Source: Haliotis rubra
Lineage: Eukaryota
DNA length: 64,000 bases
NCBI RefSeq assembly: GCF_003918875.1
Contig: NW_025765892.1
Location: 1,178,001-1,242,000, forward strand
Reading direction: 5' to 3'
Of the stretch, positions 26,432-38,980 are shown piece after piece. The notes under the pieces were generated by a model. That model worked only from the letters and a program-made list of their open reading frames with translations. It was not told the origin of the DNA and did not search any database. Positions within the stretch are counted from its first letter, which is position 1, and every line of letters begins with the position of its first letter. Position numbers and translations under genes: made by a program.

Positions 26432-26595
26432 CTCGTAATCTTTGCTGTAATCATCTGAGAAGTCATCCATGCTCTTGTCATAGGTTCCGTAGCTGCGGCC
26501 ATCCTCTGAAGCAGACATGGGGTACACCCCTCCATCCCCCTTGGTGTGTCCATACAGTTCGAAAGTGTTGGTGTGGCTCGTTGTGTCACTGCCAT
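26432..26595 (-). CDS. nphs1: nephrin-like exon, cytoplasmic 1 (NGSDTTSHTNTFELYG...SYGTYDKSMDDFSDDYSKDYE)
   Basis: cttgcag| ... |gtgaag (weak donor), 164 nt, phase 1-0 fits both neighbours. Confidence 0.8.
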
Positions 26596-26814
26596 CTGCA
26601 AGGTCATGGACAACATGCTACACGCAAATATCATCTAAACACTTACAAACATTTGTGTGCGGTTGCATGGAATCTGTTTGTAACATTGTTGACCTTTGAT
26701 AATCTGGTATATTTCTTATCGGTTAGAAAGACTTCCCTCATATTATGAGTTGATAACTGGTTAGATTGACAGTCTGTTTAATTGAACCCAACACCTGCGA
26801 AAAGTTTCATCACT

Positions 26815-26875
26815 TTCCCACCGTGGTATTGCTGGAATATTGCTAAACGTGGCATAAAACCCAACTCACTCACTT
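26815..26875 (+). mobile_element. SINE 3' fragment
   Basis: gctggaatattgctaaa...actcactcac, as in 6319-6477. Confidence 0.6.
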
Positions 26876-27366
26876 ATTCACTATATCACCAGAAATGTAT
26901 TTGCACTAATACAGTGGTGTTGGAAATTAATATAACTTAATATTTCAAATATGGATGGGTTAAATGCAAAAATATTATTCTGTTAAAAATGTGCATTATT
27001 TCCAATTTTTGAAAGCAGCTTTCAAAGAAAGTTTTTGCCCTCCATGAGGTTTTGGTATGACACACAGTATTTGATCAAAGGGCATAGCAAGTGTTCACAG
27101 CTGCCCATTGTAACATTCTGGCAGTTCTATTTCCCAATTCATAGATGTGAGACCTGTCAACTGGATTAAAATATACTCAACAATGTTTTGTCACTTAGCA
27201 TTTTGGCTTCGATCAGTCAATCCTATGAACTGTAAAACATGTTAAGTTTTGCATCAGAAAAAGAAGCATAGTACTATGTTAACAGGCCCACCCCGAAGAC
27301 TGCATCTACCAGTATGATGTAAACAGACGGTCATCAAGCAACTCAAGTAGTCACCATTATACATAC

Positions 27367-27522
27367 TCTCCAGCCGCTTACGTCTCCTTCTCACGAAGAA
27401 CAGAATTAATCCCACGTTGAGTGTGAGGAGGAAGATCCCCACAATACACACGACAAGGATGATGATTACGGGGACTTCGTCTGTCGGCAACGTTGACGTG
27501 ATATCTTCTGGGGGAGCCACAT
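27367..27522 (-). CDS. nphs1: nephrin-like exon, transmembrane segment (VPVIIILVVCIVGIFLLTLNVGLILFFVRRRRKRLE)
   Basis: ttcattag| ... |gtatgt, 156 nt, phase 1-1; hydrophobic run then polybasic stop-transfer. Confidence 0.93.
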
Positions 27523-28914
27523 CTAATGAACAGTACATTGAGTAGAGGTCAAATCCCAGGATATCATCAAATGTGACCAAGGTACTTCTGTTACAATCTA
27601 ATCACATTAAAACAACATAAGAACTGCATATGGAATATTTCATGGGCAGCTCCTGGGAGAAGTCTCCTTTTCCAGCATATATTCCAGAAATCTACAACTT
27701 CATTATTTTTGTCACATTTAAAAAAGAGCTTGTCATAGTCAAAGATGCTGATAAGATTGTGCCTGATGCAAATGAGGCACCATTACAAACACAATCTATC
27801 ATGCTGGTACATACATGTTCCAGAAGACTCAGTTTCAAAAACTTCTTAAAAAAGACAAACTTTTCTACCTGCAACAAACTTTTAACAGACATTGAAAAAA
27901 ATCAGGGATGATTTGGAAAAGTTATCGATAATTTAATCCTTCCTCAAAGAGAGTGCTCTGTGGTCTCGTTTTTCTGTGATGAGCATGGAATTTAGTCTCC
28001 TATGAAAAAACTACACCTCCATCTCTTAACAAGTTGTCTAAGTCATGCAGGAGGTGAACAGTAATCTTGTGGTACTTCAGTCTTCTTGAACAACATCGTG
28101 TGATACGTCAATTCTGACGCAATGTACATGGAAAGTGACAGGACTCACATTGCACGTATTAATTACACTAATGAGCCTCGCGTGTGAATCCCCTCTTCAG
28201 CCTAGATGATTTAACCGACTTCTTCCATTTCCCCTCCTAACCCTCACAATGACAGATTCAAGATTCCTAAAAACTTGATATACTTTTGACCCTGACCAAA
28301 TACTTTCATACAGGATGCTACAGTTGCAAAGTTAAATCTTTTTTCTACTTGAAGCAGTTGCAACTCTTATTGGAAACCTATTTTGACATGTTCACCTGAG
28401 ATGGTTTCAATCTGTTTAAGTGTGTTTCTTATGACAGCTGCATGTTTTATGTGAGTCTGTGAGGCAAGCTCCACGGGGCACAAGTCTGTCACACTTGTCC
28501 AACCAATCAATCTTACACATACATTGCCAACACCTTCAGAAAACTACAATCTCCTCACAGGATTCAACAACAGAAGCTCAAGGCCGAGTCTGTGACATAT
28601 TGATTAAATGTCAGACACCAATTTCAAACTATTTCATCATGCTTGACCTCAAAACTTCAAAAAAATGAACGTTCCTCTATGAACCAGTATCTATTGGATG
28701 TGTGACACTTGGCTGTAACAGACGTGTTGATCTGATAGGGCTTGGTTCCAATGAGTTCAGCAATGGACAACAACCATATTCTTTTTGTCTCTGTTACTGT
28801 GAGCTCTTTCTCTTTCGTAAGACATACAGAAGTTGTTACGTAAAATGACTGACTAGATCATTTGAGGGCATACACAACCTGCTGCTTTACACAGCTGTCA
28901 GACACCATACTTAC

Positions 28915-29014
28915 TTGAGGTTTTTTGCTCTGATGAACTTTTCCTGGAATTGGCTTTTCCCTTTGCTGTTGAAAGCCATTACCGTTATTTCATATTCACT
29001 TCCAAGCTTTAAAC
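28915..29014 (-). CDS. nphs1: nephrin-like exon, FN3 second part (GLKLGSEYEITVMAFNSKG...IRAK); ends one base out of phase
   Basis: ttaacag| ... |gtaagt, 100 nt; LxxxxxYxxxVxAxN FN3 motif; T6 run at 28921-28926. Confidence 0.88.
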
Positions 29015-29268
29015 CTGTTAAAGACACACACCATTGTTTCACAAAGAACATGTTTGTAAAGATGATTCTCTCGACACAGGATGTAGCTACAGACACCATA
29101 AACTGTTTGAGCAGACTCCAAGACTCACTGATTATTGAACACATTTCACACTGATAAACTTGTGAGGTCTTAGAGAAAAGAAAAAAAGTAATTGGTTGAT
29201 TTCCAAACTTAAATATTTACTGTTCATGTGGATGAGCAGGATGCTGAAACAGTGATGTTCAAACATAC

Positions 29269-29457
29269 CTTTGATGATGAAGGTGGTTGTGCCAGGGATG
29301 GTGATGTCAATATACACAAATCCCCTCTCTCCTTTTAAGCGATATCTCACTTGGAAGTTTTGGATGAGTCCTCCATCAAAGCCTGGCTTCCATGAGATGG
29401 TGATTGTGTTGTGGGTAGCGTTGACAAACTGGATGTCATATGGGGGATCAGGCTTAC
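29269..29457 (-). CDS. nphs1: nephrin-like exon, FN3 first part (SKPDPPYDIQFVNATHNTITISWKPGFDGGLIQNFQVRYR...)
   Basis: gtttcag| ... |gtatgt, 189 nt, phase 1-1; WxPGFDGG motif. Confidence 0.94.
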
Positions 29458-29479
29458 CTGAAACACGTTCAACACAAGG

Positions 29480-31028
29480 AGTCAAACATTGGAAGTCATA
29501 CACACAGAGTCAAACATGGGAAGCAGCAGTGTTGAAGAACAGCGTCCCGTGTCAAGATATGGACTTACTGGTGGGCAAGACATGTAACACAGAGAGTCAA
29601 ACATGGGAAGCAGCAGTGTTGAAGAACAGCTTCCCGTGTCAAGATATGGATTTACTGGTGGGCAAGACATGTAACACAGAGAGTCAAACATGGGAAGCAG
29701 CAGTGTTCAAGAACAGCTTCCCGTGTCAAGATATGGATTTACTGGTGGGCAAGACATGTAACACAGAGAGTCAAACATGGGAAGCAGCAGTGTTCAAGAA
29801 CAGCGTCCCGTGTCAAGATATGGACTTACTGGTGGGCAAGACAAGTAACACAGAGAGTCAAAGATGGGAAGCAGCAGTGTTGAAGAACAGCGTCCCGTGT
29901 CAAGATATGGACTTACTGGTGGGCAAGACATGTAACACAGAGAGTCAAACATGGGAAGCAGCAGTGTTGAAGAACAGCTTCCCGTGTCAAGATATGGACT
30001 TACTGGTGGGCAAGACATGTAACACAGAGAGTCAAACATGGGAAGCAGCAGTGTTCAAGAACAGCGTCCCGTGTCAAGATATGGACTTACTGGTGGGCAA
30101 GACATGTAACACAGAGAGTCAAACATGGGAAGCAGCAGTGTTCAAGAACAGCGTCCCGTGTCAAGATATGGACTAACTGGTGGGCAAGACATGTAACACA
30201 GAGAGTCAAACATGGGAAGCAGCAGTGTGGAAGAACAGCGTCCCGTGTCAAGATATGGACTTACTGGTGGGCAAGACATGTAACACAGAGAGTCAAACAT
30301 GGGAAGCAGCAGTGTTGAAGAACAGCTTCCCGTGTCAAGGTATGGACTTACTGGTGGGCAAGACATGTAACACAGAGAGTCAAACATGGGAAGCAGCAGT
30401 GTTGAAGAACAGCGTCCCGTGTCAAGATATGGACTTACTGGTGGGCAAGACATGTAACACAGAGTGTCAAACATGGGAAGCAGCAGTGTTCAAGAACAGC
30501 GTCCCGTGTCAAGATATGGACTTACTGGTGGGCAAGACATGTAACACAGAGAGTCAAACATGGGAAGCAGCAGTGTTGAAGAACAGCTTCCCGTGTCAAG
30601 ATATGGACTTACTGGTGGGCAAGACATGTAACACAGAGAGTCAAACATGGGAAGCAGCAGTGTTCAAGAACAGCGTCCGTGTCGCGATATGGACTTACTG
30701 GTGGGCAAGACATGTAACACAGAGAGTCAAACATGGGAAGCAGCAGTGTTCAAGAACAGCGTCCCATGTCAAGATATGGACTTACTGGTGGGCAAGACAT
30801 GTAACACAGAGAGTCAAACATGGGAAGCAGCAGTGTTGAAGAACAGCGTCCCGTGTCAAGATATGGACTTACTGGTGGGCAAGACATGTAACACAGAGAG
30901 TCAAACATGGGAAGCAGCAGTGTTGAAGAACAGCGTCCCGTGTCAAGATATGGACTTACTGGTGGGCAAGACATGTAACACAGAGAGTCAAACATGGGAA
31001 GCAGCAGTGTTCAAGAACAGCGTCCCGT
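29480..31028. repeat. 87-bp intronic minisatellite, ~17-18 copies
   Basis: direct periodicity; starts ~25 nt from the FN3 exon acceptor. Confidence 0.97.
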
Positions 31029-32548
31029 TGGTCATAGAATATTTGTATGTTGTTTTATGTACAGAACAATGATGTGTTAACTTGTTAACTTGTCTTGTTT
31101 TCTATAACATAACCTGTATATTTACGATGATAATATATTGTGATGACAGGACATTAAACTGTATATTTATACAAGAATTGCACAAAAATATATAAACCGT
31201 GATATAATCTCCTTTGGTCAAAACCTTATAGAATTATTCTGAGAGTGAAATACCAAGGGAACTTTCATTGTATAACTATGAACAGAAATAGCAATATATT
31301 AATGAACAAGGAAAAGCGCTATCCTGAAAATATTTGTGTGTTTTGAAATATTCTATTTTATTTTATTGTAAATTTATGCCAAACAGGTGCATGTGTTGTC
31401 CACATTAAGATAAATGTTATAACTATAATGGTCTATCTATTCAGGACATTACTGAAATGGTAATACCAGTTATTCTGTGTTTTGTTGGAACAGTGTGAAA
31501 TTCTGACCAACAGACCAATTTTTTGTGTGTAACTTCCACTGAAATTAGTGAGATATATACTGGTCAACATTCAATTGTCGCCTTTCTCAGACATTGCAAA
31601 ATACATAAAACAAGCCATAATGTAACTGAAATAGTACAATTTTCTCAGTAATGTATTTACATTTGAAGAAAAGGCTAATGGTGCAACATTAGTCAAAATA
31701 CATCTACACAGACAAAAGAATATGAGAGTCTGAGTACTACTCTACATATTAGATAGGGCCATCCATTTTACAACATCTTTACCACTATAATACACCTTTC
31801 TCATGTTGTATGATTTCATCATTTCTCGTAACTTGTGACGCTACCAAAATTTATTCGGTTACAATGTGGATTTTTGTGAAAAAACAACAACATGAAAATA
31901 TACCGTCCTTATCCCCATCAAAGTATTTCCAAGTGACCTGAGTTACAATGACCTAGTTCTTGTTACTGTGATATAATAGTTGGTTTTACTGTCCTTCGCC
32001 GACATGTAAATAAAATGTCTGTATTTATCATGAATGTTTAACTATGTTTAGTCAGCACAGCAGAGTTAGGACCCCTGTTCTTTTCATGTATGAAGCCTCT
32101 GTAATCACTTGAAAATTAATTTTCATCATTTATGGCAAACCTTTTTTTCACAATTCTAATCAATGTGAAAATAGTAAAAATTTAAAACTCCAAACAGAAC
32201 ATTATGCTGAGCCCCACTAACTACATATGTATCATATTTCATGACATTTTGAACAAAACTGAATAAAGGTCATAAATAGCTTTTTCAATATGGCTTCCAT
32301 GTTTGCAGTACTGGGGGTGTCATTCATGGTCAGAACAAGATTCAATTCCCTAGTTCTGAGGTTTCTCAGAAGACAATTTTAATGACTATTAACTTGAGAC
32401 AAACAGCACTGCCCATGACATACGCTCACAGGACTTGGAGTCAGATGAGTTAAAACCAGTAAAAAATATTTCACATCAACAAAATGACTTCTTTGATTGG
32501 CATTCTCAACAAAATGACTTCTTTGATTGGCATTCTAGAAGTTGGGTA

Positions 32549-32743
32549 GATGAAGGATGATGACTATTTTTAAGGATGTACAACTTCTTTATTCTGTATA
32601 GGTGACGTTTCGACATAGTTTCTAATGTCGATGTCAAGCAAGTGATCACTTGCAAGTGAACACTATGTCGAATCTATGTCAAAACGTCGCCTATACAGAA
32701 TAAAGAAGTTGTATATCCATAAAAATAATCCTCATCCTTCATC
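32549..32743. mobile_element. Penelope-like inverted terminal repeat pair (~195-bp imperfect palindrome)
   Basis: gatgaaggatga...caacttctttattctgtataggtgacgtttcgacatag mirrored by ctatgtcaaaacgtcgcctatacagaataaagaagttg...tcatccttcatc. Confidence 0.6.
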
Positions 32744-33639
32744 AACAAAATGTCTTAACACAGCCTGCCACCAAAGTATGGGTGAAACATCTACCTACCC
32801 ACTGCTTGCACCTGGAACACTAAAGAAGGATTCTGTGAACAACTTGACACAACTGTCAGTGTGTATACTAACCAGGTAAAACAAGAAATATGTGGCCAGA
32901 GCAATCAACTACACAGTAATCAAATCATCCTGGCAGCTGTTGAAAATGTTGCTATGGGGCTGGTGATAATTCCTAACGTGCCAAATATGTACATTGACTC
33001 ACCTCATGTGTTTTCTGATCTATTTTAGAATACTTCTAAGTAGGAAAATAGCACTTGTTAGTTTTGATCAATGCTTATCAAATAAAGCAGTCTCTTGGTG
33101 AGAACAATATTGCAATTCCAAGAAGTCTGCGTGTTATTTCTGACACGTTACAACTCTCATACTAAAGATGAAGAGAGCTGACATAAAGACCTCTGGAGTA
33201 CACACAGAAGGAATTAGACCTGCTAATGCTATGCCAATCAATATCATATCACTCAGTATTCTTACAAGACTTGTTGGCGGATCGTTTTGTCATCACTTGA
33301 CATTGATAAACTGAAGCAAAACATAATTAGACAGGCACTTCATTCATTGAAAACTTTCCATTTACTCAAGGGAGGTGATAAGGAAATTATCAATCTATTT
33401 ACAGTTAATGACATCTGCCCTATTGAGATGAAGTGGCAAGTTTCCTTAAAGAAAACTACAATTCAAGTTTTGATAGACCTTCACAGAGTAACAAAAATAA
33501 TATCAACAAAAATTTGTGTTGACATTTCGAATTCCTCATACATATAACCTATATGTGCAAAGTAACAGAGTTTGCTGACACTATGCTCTTGCATACTTTA
33601 TGTGTTTACAGTTGAACACATGGAAAACACTTGCCAAAA

Positions 33640-35070
33640 TCAGCTACAAAGACGGTACAAAGATGTACAACCCACATACATGACAGCAGCTGTACAAAGA
33701 TGTACGACCCACACATGATGGCAGCTGTACAACCCACACATGAAGGCAGTTGTACAAAGATGTACAACCCACGCACGACGGCAGCTGTACAAAGATGTAC
33801 AACCCACACACGGCAGCAGCTGTAAAAAGATGTACAACCCACTAATGATGGCAGCTGTACAAAGGTGTACAACCCACACATGATGGCAGCTGTACAAAGG
33901 TGTACAACCCACACATGATGGCAGCTGTACAAAGGTGTACAACCCACACATGGCAGCTGTACAACCCACACACGACGGCAGCTGTACAAAGATGTACAAC
34001 CCACACACGGCAGCAGCTGTAAAAAGATGTACAACCCACTAATGATGGCAGCTGTACAAAGGTGTACAACCCACACATGATGACAGCTGTACAAAGGTGT
34101 ACAACCCACACATGATGGCAGCTGTACAAAGGTGTACAACCCACACATGACGGCAGCTATAGAAAGATGTACAACCCACACATGACAGCAGCTGTACAAA
34201 GATGTACAACCCACACTTGATGGCAGCTGTACAACCCACAAATGAAAGCAGCTGTACAACCCACACATGACTGCAGCTGTACAACCCACACATGACAGCA
34301 ACTGCACAAAGATGTACAACCCACACATGACAGCAACTGCACAAAGATGTACAACCCACATGACGGCAGCTGTACAAAGATGCACAACCGACACATGACA
34401 GGAGGTGTACAAGACACACACAAAGGCAGCTGTACAGCCCACACATGAAGACAGCTGTAAAAGATGTACAACCCACACATGAAGCCAACTGTACAATGAT
34501 GTACAACCCACAGATGATGGCAGCTGTACAATGATGTACAACCCACAGATGACGGCAGCTGTATAATGATGTACAACTCACACATGAATGCAGCTGTAGA
34601 ACTCACACATGATGGCAGCTGTAGAACCCATACATGAAGGCAGCTGTAGAAAGATGTACAACCCACACATAACAGGAGCTGTACAATGATGTACAACACA
34701 CATATAGAGGCAGCTGCAGAAAGATGTACAACCCACACATAAAAGCAGCTGTACAATGATATGCAACCCAGACATGCCGGCAGCTGTACAAAACACACAT
34801 GAAGGCAGCTGTACAAAGATGTACAACCCATACATGAAGCCATCTGTACAAAGATGTACAACCCACATATGAAGGCAGCTGTACAAAGATGTACAACCCA
34901 CACATAAAAGCAGCTGTACAATGATGTAATACCCACACATGATGGCAGCTGTACAATGATGTACAACCCACACATGACGGCAGCTGTAGAACTCACACAT
35001 GAAGGCAGCTGTACAAAACACACATGAAGGCAGCTGTACAACCCACACATGATGGCAGCTATACAAAGAT
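33640..35070. repeat. modular minisatellite: ~25-bp (gtacaacccacacatgatggcagct) plus optional 10-bp (gtacaaagat) modules
   Basis: direct periodicity with irregular module order. Confidence 0.95.
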
Positions 35071-36576
35071 GGAAAGCAAGCAGCTACTCAAGTGGTAAGT
35101 TCCATGTCTTGGTATTGAATTTGGGCATGGAAATGCATTCTTTATAAAATCATACCAATCTATAAAACCACCGATCCTCGTGCTGAATAATCACGTAAAA
35201 TCAGTCTCAATTTCATATCTCCAAAATGGATAAGGCCAAAGAAATATTCACATTCATAAAGGCAATTTGGAACAGACAGCATTAATATCTATCCTGATTG
35301 ATATGGTGGTTTTTTCCACAAGAATGAGAAGGAATTGCTGTATTGAATGATATGAACACTTTTATTATACCCAAATGAAAAAAGCTGGTGAAATAATTAC
35401 AAAAATTGATCTATTTATCTGGGGTTATGGAACACGGTTTCACGCAGCTTGATCTCCGTGCAGCATCAATGTCAGTCCGTTCAATCTCAATGTGATGTCA
35501 AGTGTTCCCCAAACTATGGTTCAACTTTATAAACACCAAGCTAAAAGTTTTTATCCAAAAAATCCCTTGCAATTCCATTGCAAGTCAGCATGGTCAATTC
35601 CAACAAGTCAAATTCAATTAGAGGAGATGCAATATAGGCATGAAAAGAAGCTAAACATGATAAAAATCTGCAGTGAAAAGTTAGTCTTGCAATTTGTGAT
35701 AACAAAAACTGTTAATTCCTAGACAATTGATCTGTAGCAGTATTTCTGAAACACTCCATTCACGGAGAACCAACAGCACGATGCTTATTTAACAATAACA
35801 ATACTAAAATGTGAATATTTAACTGAAATCCTTTTCTATTTCTCACAACATCTGATGTTAAGACTTTAACTCACATGTTTATGCGAGTTTCACAATTCAC
35901 ATATGGTTCATCTGTGGAAGAAGACACAGAAATAACCAATTCTGATTAAATTTGAGCAAATGCAGAACAGCGACTTCCAATTACAGAGTGACTCACACAA
36001 ACCATGGGTAGAAAGTCAGCAACCATCGCCCCTAGCTAGGATATTCAGTAACACCTACTGACAAGCCCATTCCTCTATATATACAGATAGGTACACTCAG
36101 TACATCTTGTGGAAAGTCATTCAAGTAAAGAGTGTAGAAAATAATGACATTCAAACCAAAGGAGGTAAACCAGCGTCATCACATGAATGTAACTGTGATT
36201 GCCAGTTACCAGATTATTATGCGTAACTAAACTCTACCCAATGACTGTGGCTTTACTGCTAGTACCATGCAACTGTGCATCCCTATATAATGGAAGAGTT
36301 AGGGTTAAACTGCAATTCCTACTTCATTTCCAACCTGTCTGTATCTTCCTTACTCATCATGAAAACAACACCAAGGAGTTGATTTCAGTTCAGTATTCAA
36401 ACAAAAAAGAGCCCATTTTACATCTATTATACTTACGGCTACAAATAATCTTTTTTTTAAAAAAAGTTCAATTTTGCATAGGAAATAAAAAACAGCCCAA
36501 CCTTAATCTGTAATACTGGTGTATTTCAACTTAAACTTGTACAAGTCTGGAAAGTTTGAAATAATGCAAAGCATAC

Positions 36577-36760
36577 TTGTTCCATCCAAGACGATGTCTA
36601 TGGAGTCTGTGCCCTTGGCATTGGTGGCTTTACACATGTAGCGTCCATAGTCGCCCTTGGCCACCGCCTTCACCTGCAGTGTGTTGGTGTAGTCGACGTC
36701 ACCCGACTTGGACGTAGACACAGAGTACTTGGACTTGGATGTGTCAATAGTTTGACCATT
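36577..36760 (-). CDS. nphs1: nephrin-like exon, Ig9 second half (NGQTIDTSKSKYSV...DYGRYMCKATNAKG...LDGT)
   Basis: tttcag| ... |gtatgc, 184 nt, phase 0-1. Confidence 0.93.
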
Positions 36761-37577
36761 CTGAAATCAAGAAGTTGTAAAGAAGACCTACATGCAAGTT
36801 TGCCATCATAAACTTGTCACAGAACTTACAGAAACTACTTTCAACTAAAACAGCTGTAGCTAATTTCTAATACATGAATAATGTTCAATGGCTAGCCAAG
36901 TTGGATCCAAGTCCTTAAAAATACTTTCCATGGTATTACAAATCATATTTTATTTTGCTTTTCAAAAAAAAATTATGAATAGATCAATCTGGCAACTAAA
37001 GATTACTCGAATCATGGGTTCATTTCAACAAATTCCTGTAATGGCAGCATCCAGGCCTACATTTGAAATTATCATCAGTTTTGTTTTAAACATATTTTAT
37101 TCACAGAGAAAAGGATTAGGAACAAGTTTTCCAACTTAGAATACCCTCTCCTTGGTATGTACATAGGTAATTTAGATTCCCACAACTAAAGAAGACAGAA
37201 GGTGGACAAGAAAGTAGCATAAGTAAAAAAGAGATTATACAGAAAAATATCAATATGCCATACAAATCGTTTTGTCTCACTAATGAACGATTGCACTAAC
37301 TTGAATACATTTGTATTTTCACATGATGATAGGTCTGCACTTCCTGCTAACAAAAGTTTAAGGTCATTGGCATCAGTCAGTAGCCTTCCTTTCAAAATAT
37401 ATTTTTCAAGAAAAATATATAAAAAGAACTACTTGAAATAAAATAAACCCAGGCACTGAATTGCTAAATATGTGATCAATCCTCTTCCAAAACTGAGTAA
37501 GCCTTGAACGGTATTTCCAGAATTGTCTGTAGATGTGATATATGTGACAACTAATGGCATGCTATAATGTCCAGTAC

Positions 37578-37696
37578 CTTGAACCAGGTGAATGTGATGC
37601 TAGGGGCCCCTGATGCCTTGCAGATCAGCTTCCCCGTGGACTTCTCCTCACTGGCAGCCTTGGAGTACTCAGGGGACTTATCTATCACTGGTGCAT
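37578..37696 (-). CDS. nphs1: nephrin-like exon, Ig9 first half (YAPVIDKSPEYSKAAS...LICKASGAPSITFTWFK)
   Basis: ttccag| ... |gtactg, 119 nt, phase 1-0. Confidence 0.92.
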
Positions 37697-38630
37697 CTGG
37701 AATAAACACACACACATCATAACCTTCTCCCACTGCAGGCACACATTTCAGCATGGGGATTGTAAAGCATACCCAAACCTGTGTCTTAGTCAATTTCCAA
37801 TTCAATTTGAAACATACTCTGAAATGTATTGAACCATAAAATGGTTGAGCTCTCCATGCCAATAATGTGTTTCTAATGAATCGTTTTGTCAACAAAATTG
37901 ACTATCTTTGTCAGCCAGCTGGCATTTAAATCTTCAGCCTGAAGATATTTTCTGAATCTGAAAGACCATTTCTAATTCTTGTCAAAGTTGAAGAGTTCAA
38001 CACTGCATTTGGGTAGTGTGTTAAATAGCGGCTAAATTGTGGCTTGAGCTACTCCCACCATGACTTTATAAGAGAGCAATGCTGGAGTCAGTAATATCTC
38101 AGCTGCATCACAGAAGCTGAGGCACACAGCCATCCCTCGCCATAATGCTGCTCTCTGCATCCATGGACCTCGTGTGTTATCGGACTCCACAGTATTTCTC
38201 AGGAAATGTCATATTTTTTGTGCACAGTGTGCATTTAAGCATAATTGCTATTTTGTGTTTTGTGTCCTGTTAGCAGCTATGTCTGATTGCCTCTGGTGAA
38301 TGAACAACAGATAACAAACTTGTAAATGAAAATGTATAACTTGCGATTAAACGTCCCAAAACATGATAACATTCCAATTGTATTTCTTGCTAAGCTAGGC
38401 ACTGTTCTACATGTAGAGATTAAGACCACCATGTGCATTTTGGTCCACTGTTGGATACATAGTATGAATGGAACAGAATCACAGAGCCCCACTTCTGGTA
38501 GTACTTGCTGTTTTGTCTCATGTAAGGTGCATTTCAAGGCATCAATAGTGGTAATCTGATGATGAATGCTGTGACTACGACACAACAGATGTTGTAATGT
38601 ATGGGACAGAATATGGTTAGTTAGCATGCA

Positions 38631-38980
38631 CCGCCTGCTTGGTGTACAGGTTAGAGTGTCAGCCAGGAGAGTGGAAGGTCGTGGGTTCGATCCCCGGCTG
38701 CATCTTACCAAAAAGACGTTAAAATATGGTACTTGTTGGTCCCTGCCTGGCGCTAGGCATTAATGGGTACAACAAGGACTGGTCGGCTCGGAGTCAGTAA
38801 AATGTGTCTGAATAGAGTATTCATGCTTAACTGTGGCATGGTATCTCAGTGAGCTAGCACTATAAAACCAGCTTAAGTCCGGGCTAGTACAAGCAGCCAC
38901 ACATACATACACATGCACATCGTCTTTTGAGCGAAATATACTTAAGTACGATGTTAAACCCCACTTCACCTCACTTCACC
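38631..38980 (+). mobile_element. full-length tRNA-derived SINE of a second family (conserved central domain, Meta/MESC-like)
   Basis: B box gggttcgatcccc; central accaaaaagacgttaaaatatggtacttg...ggactggtcggctcggagtcag; perfect 13-bp TSD tagttagcatgca. Confidence 0.88.

Noticed and set aside
29271-31072. Long + strand ORFs (301, 219, 141 aa) with a 29-aa repeat
   Set aside because: Result of an 87-bp (3n) stop-free minisatellite, antisense to the FN3 exon; broken by a stop and a frameshift.
33606-35066. Cys/Val-rich ORFs up to 311 aa
   Set aside because: Open in all three frames of a repeat; no domain or frame preference.
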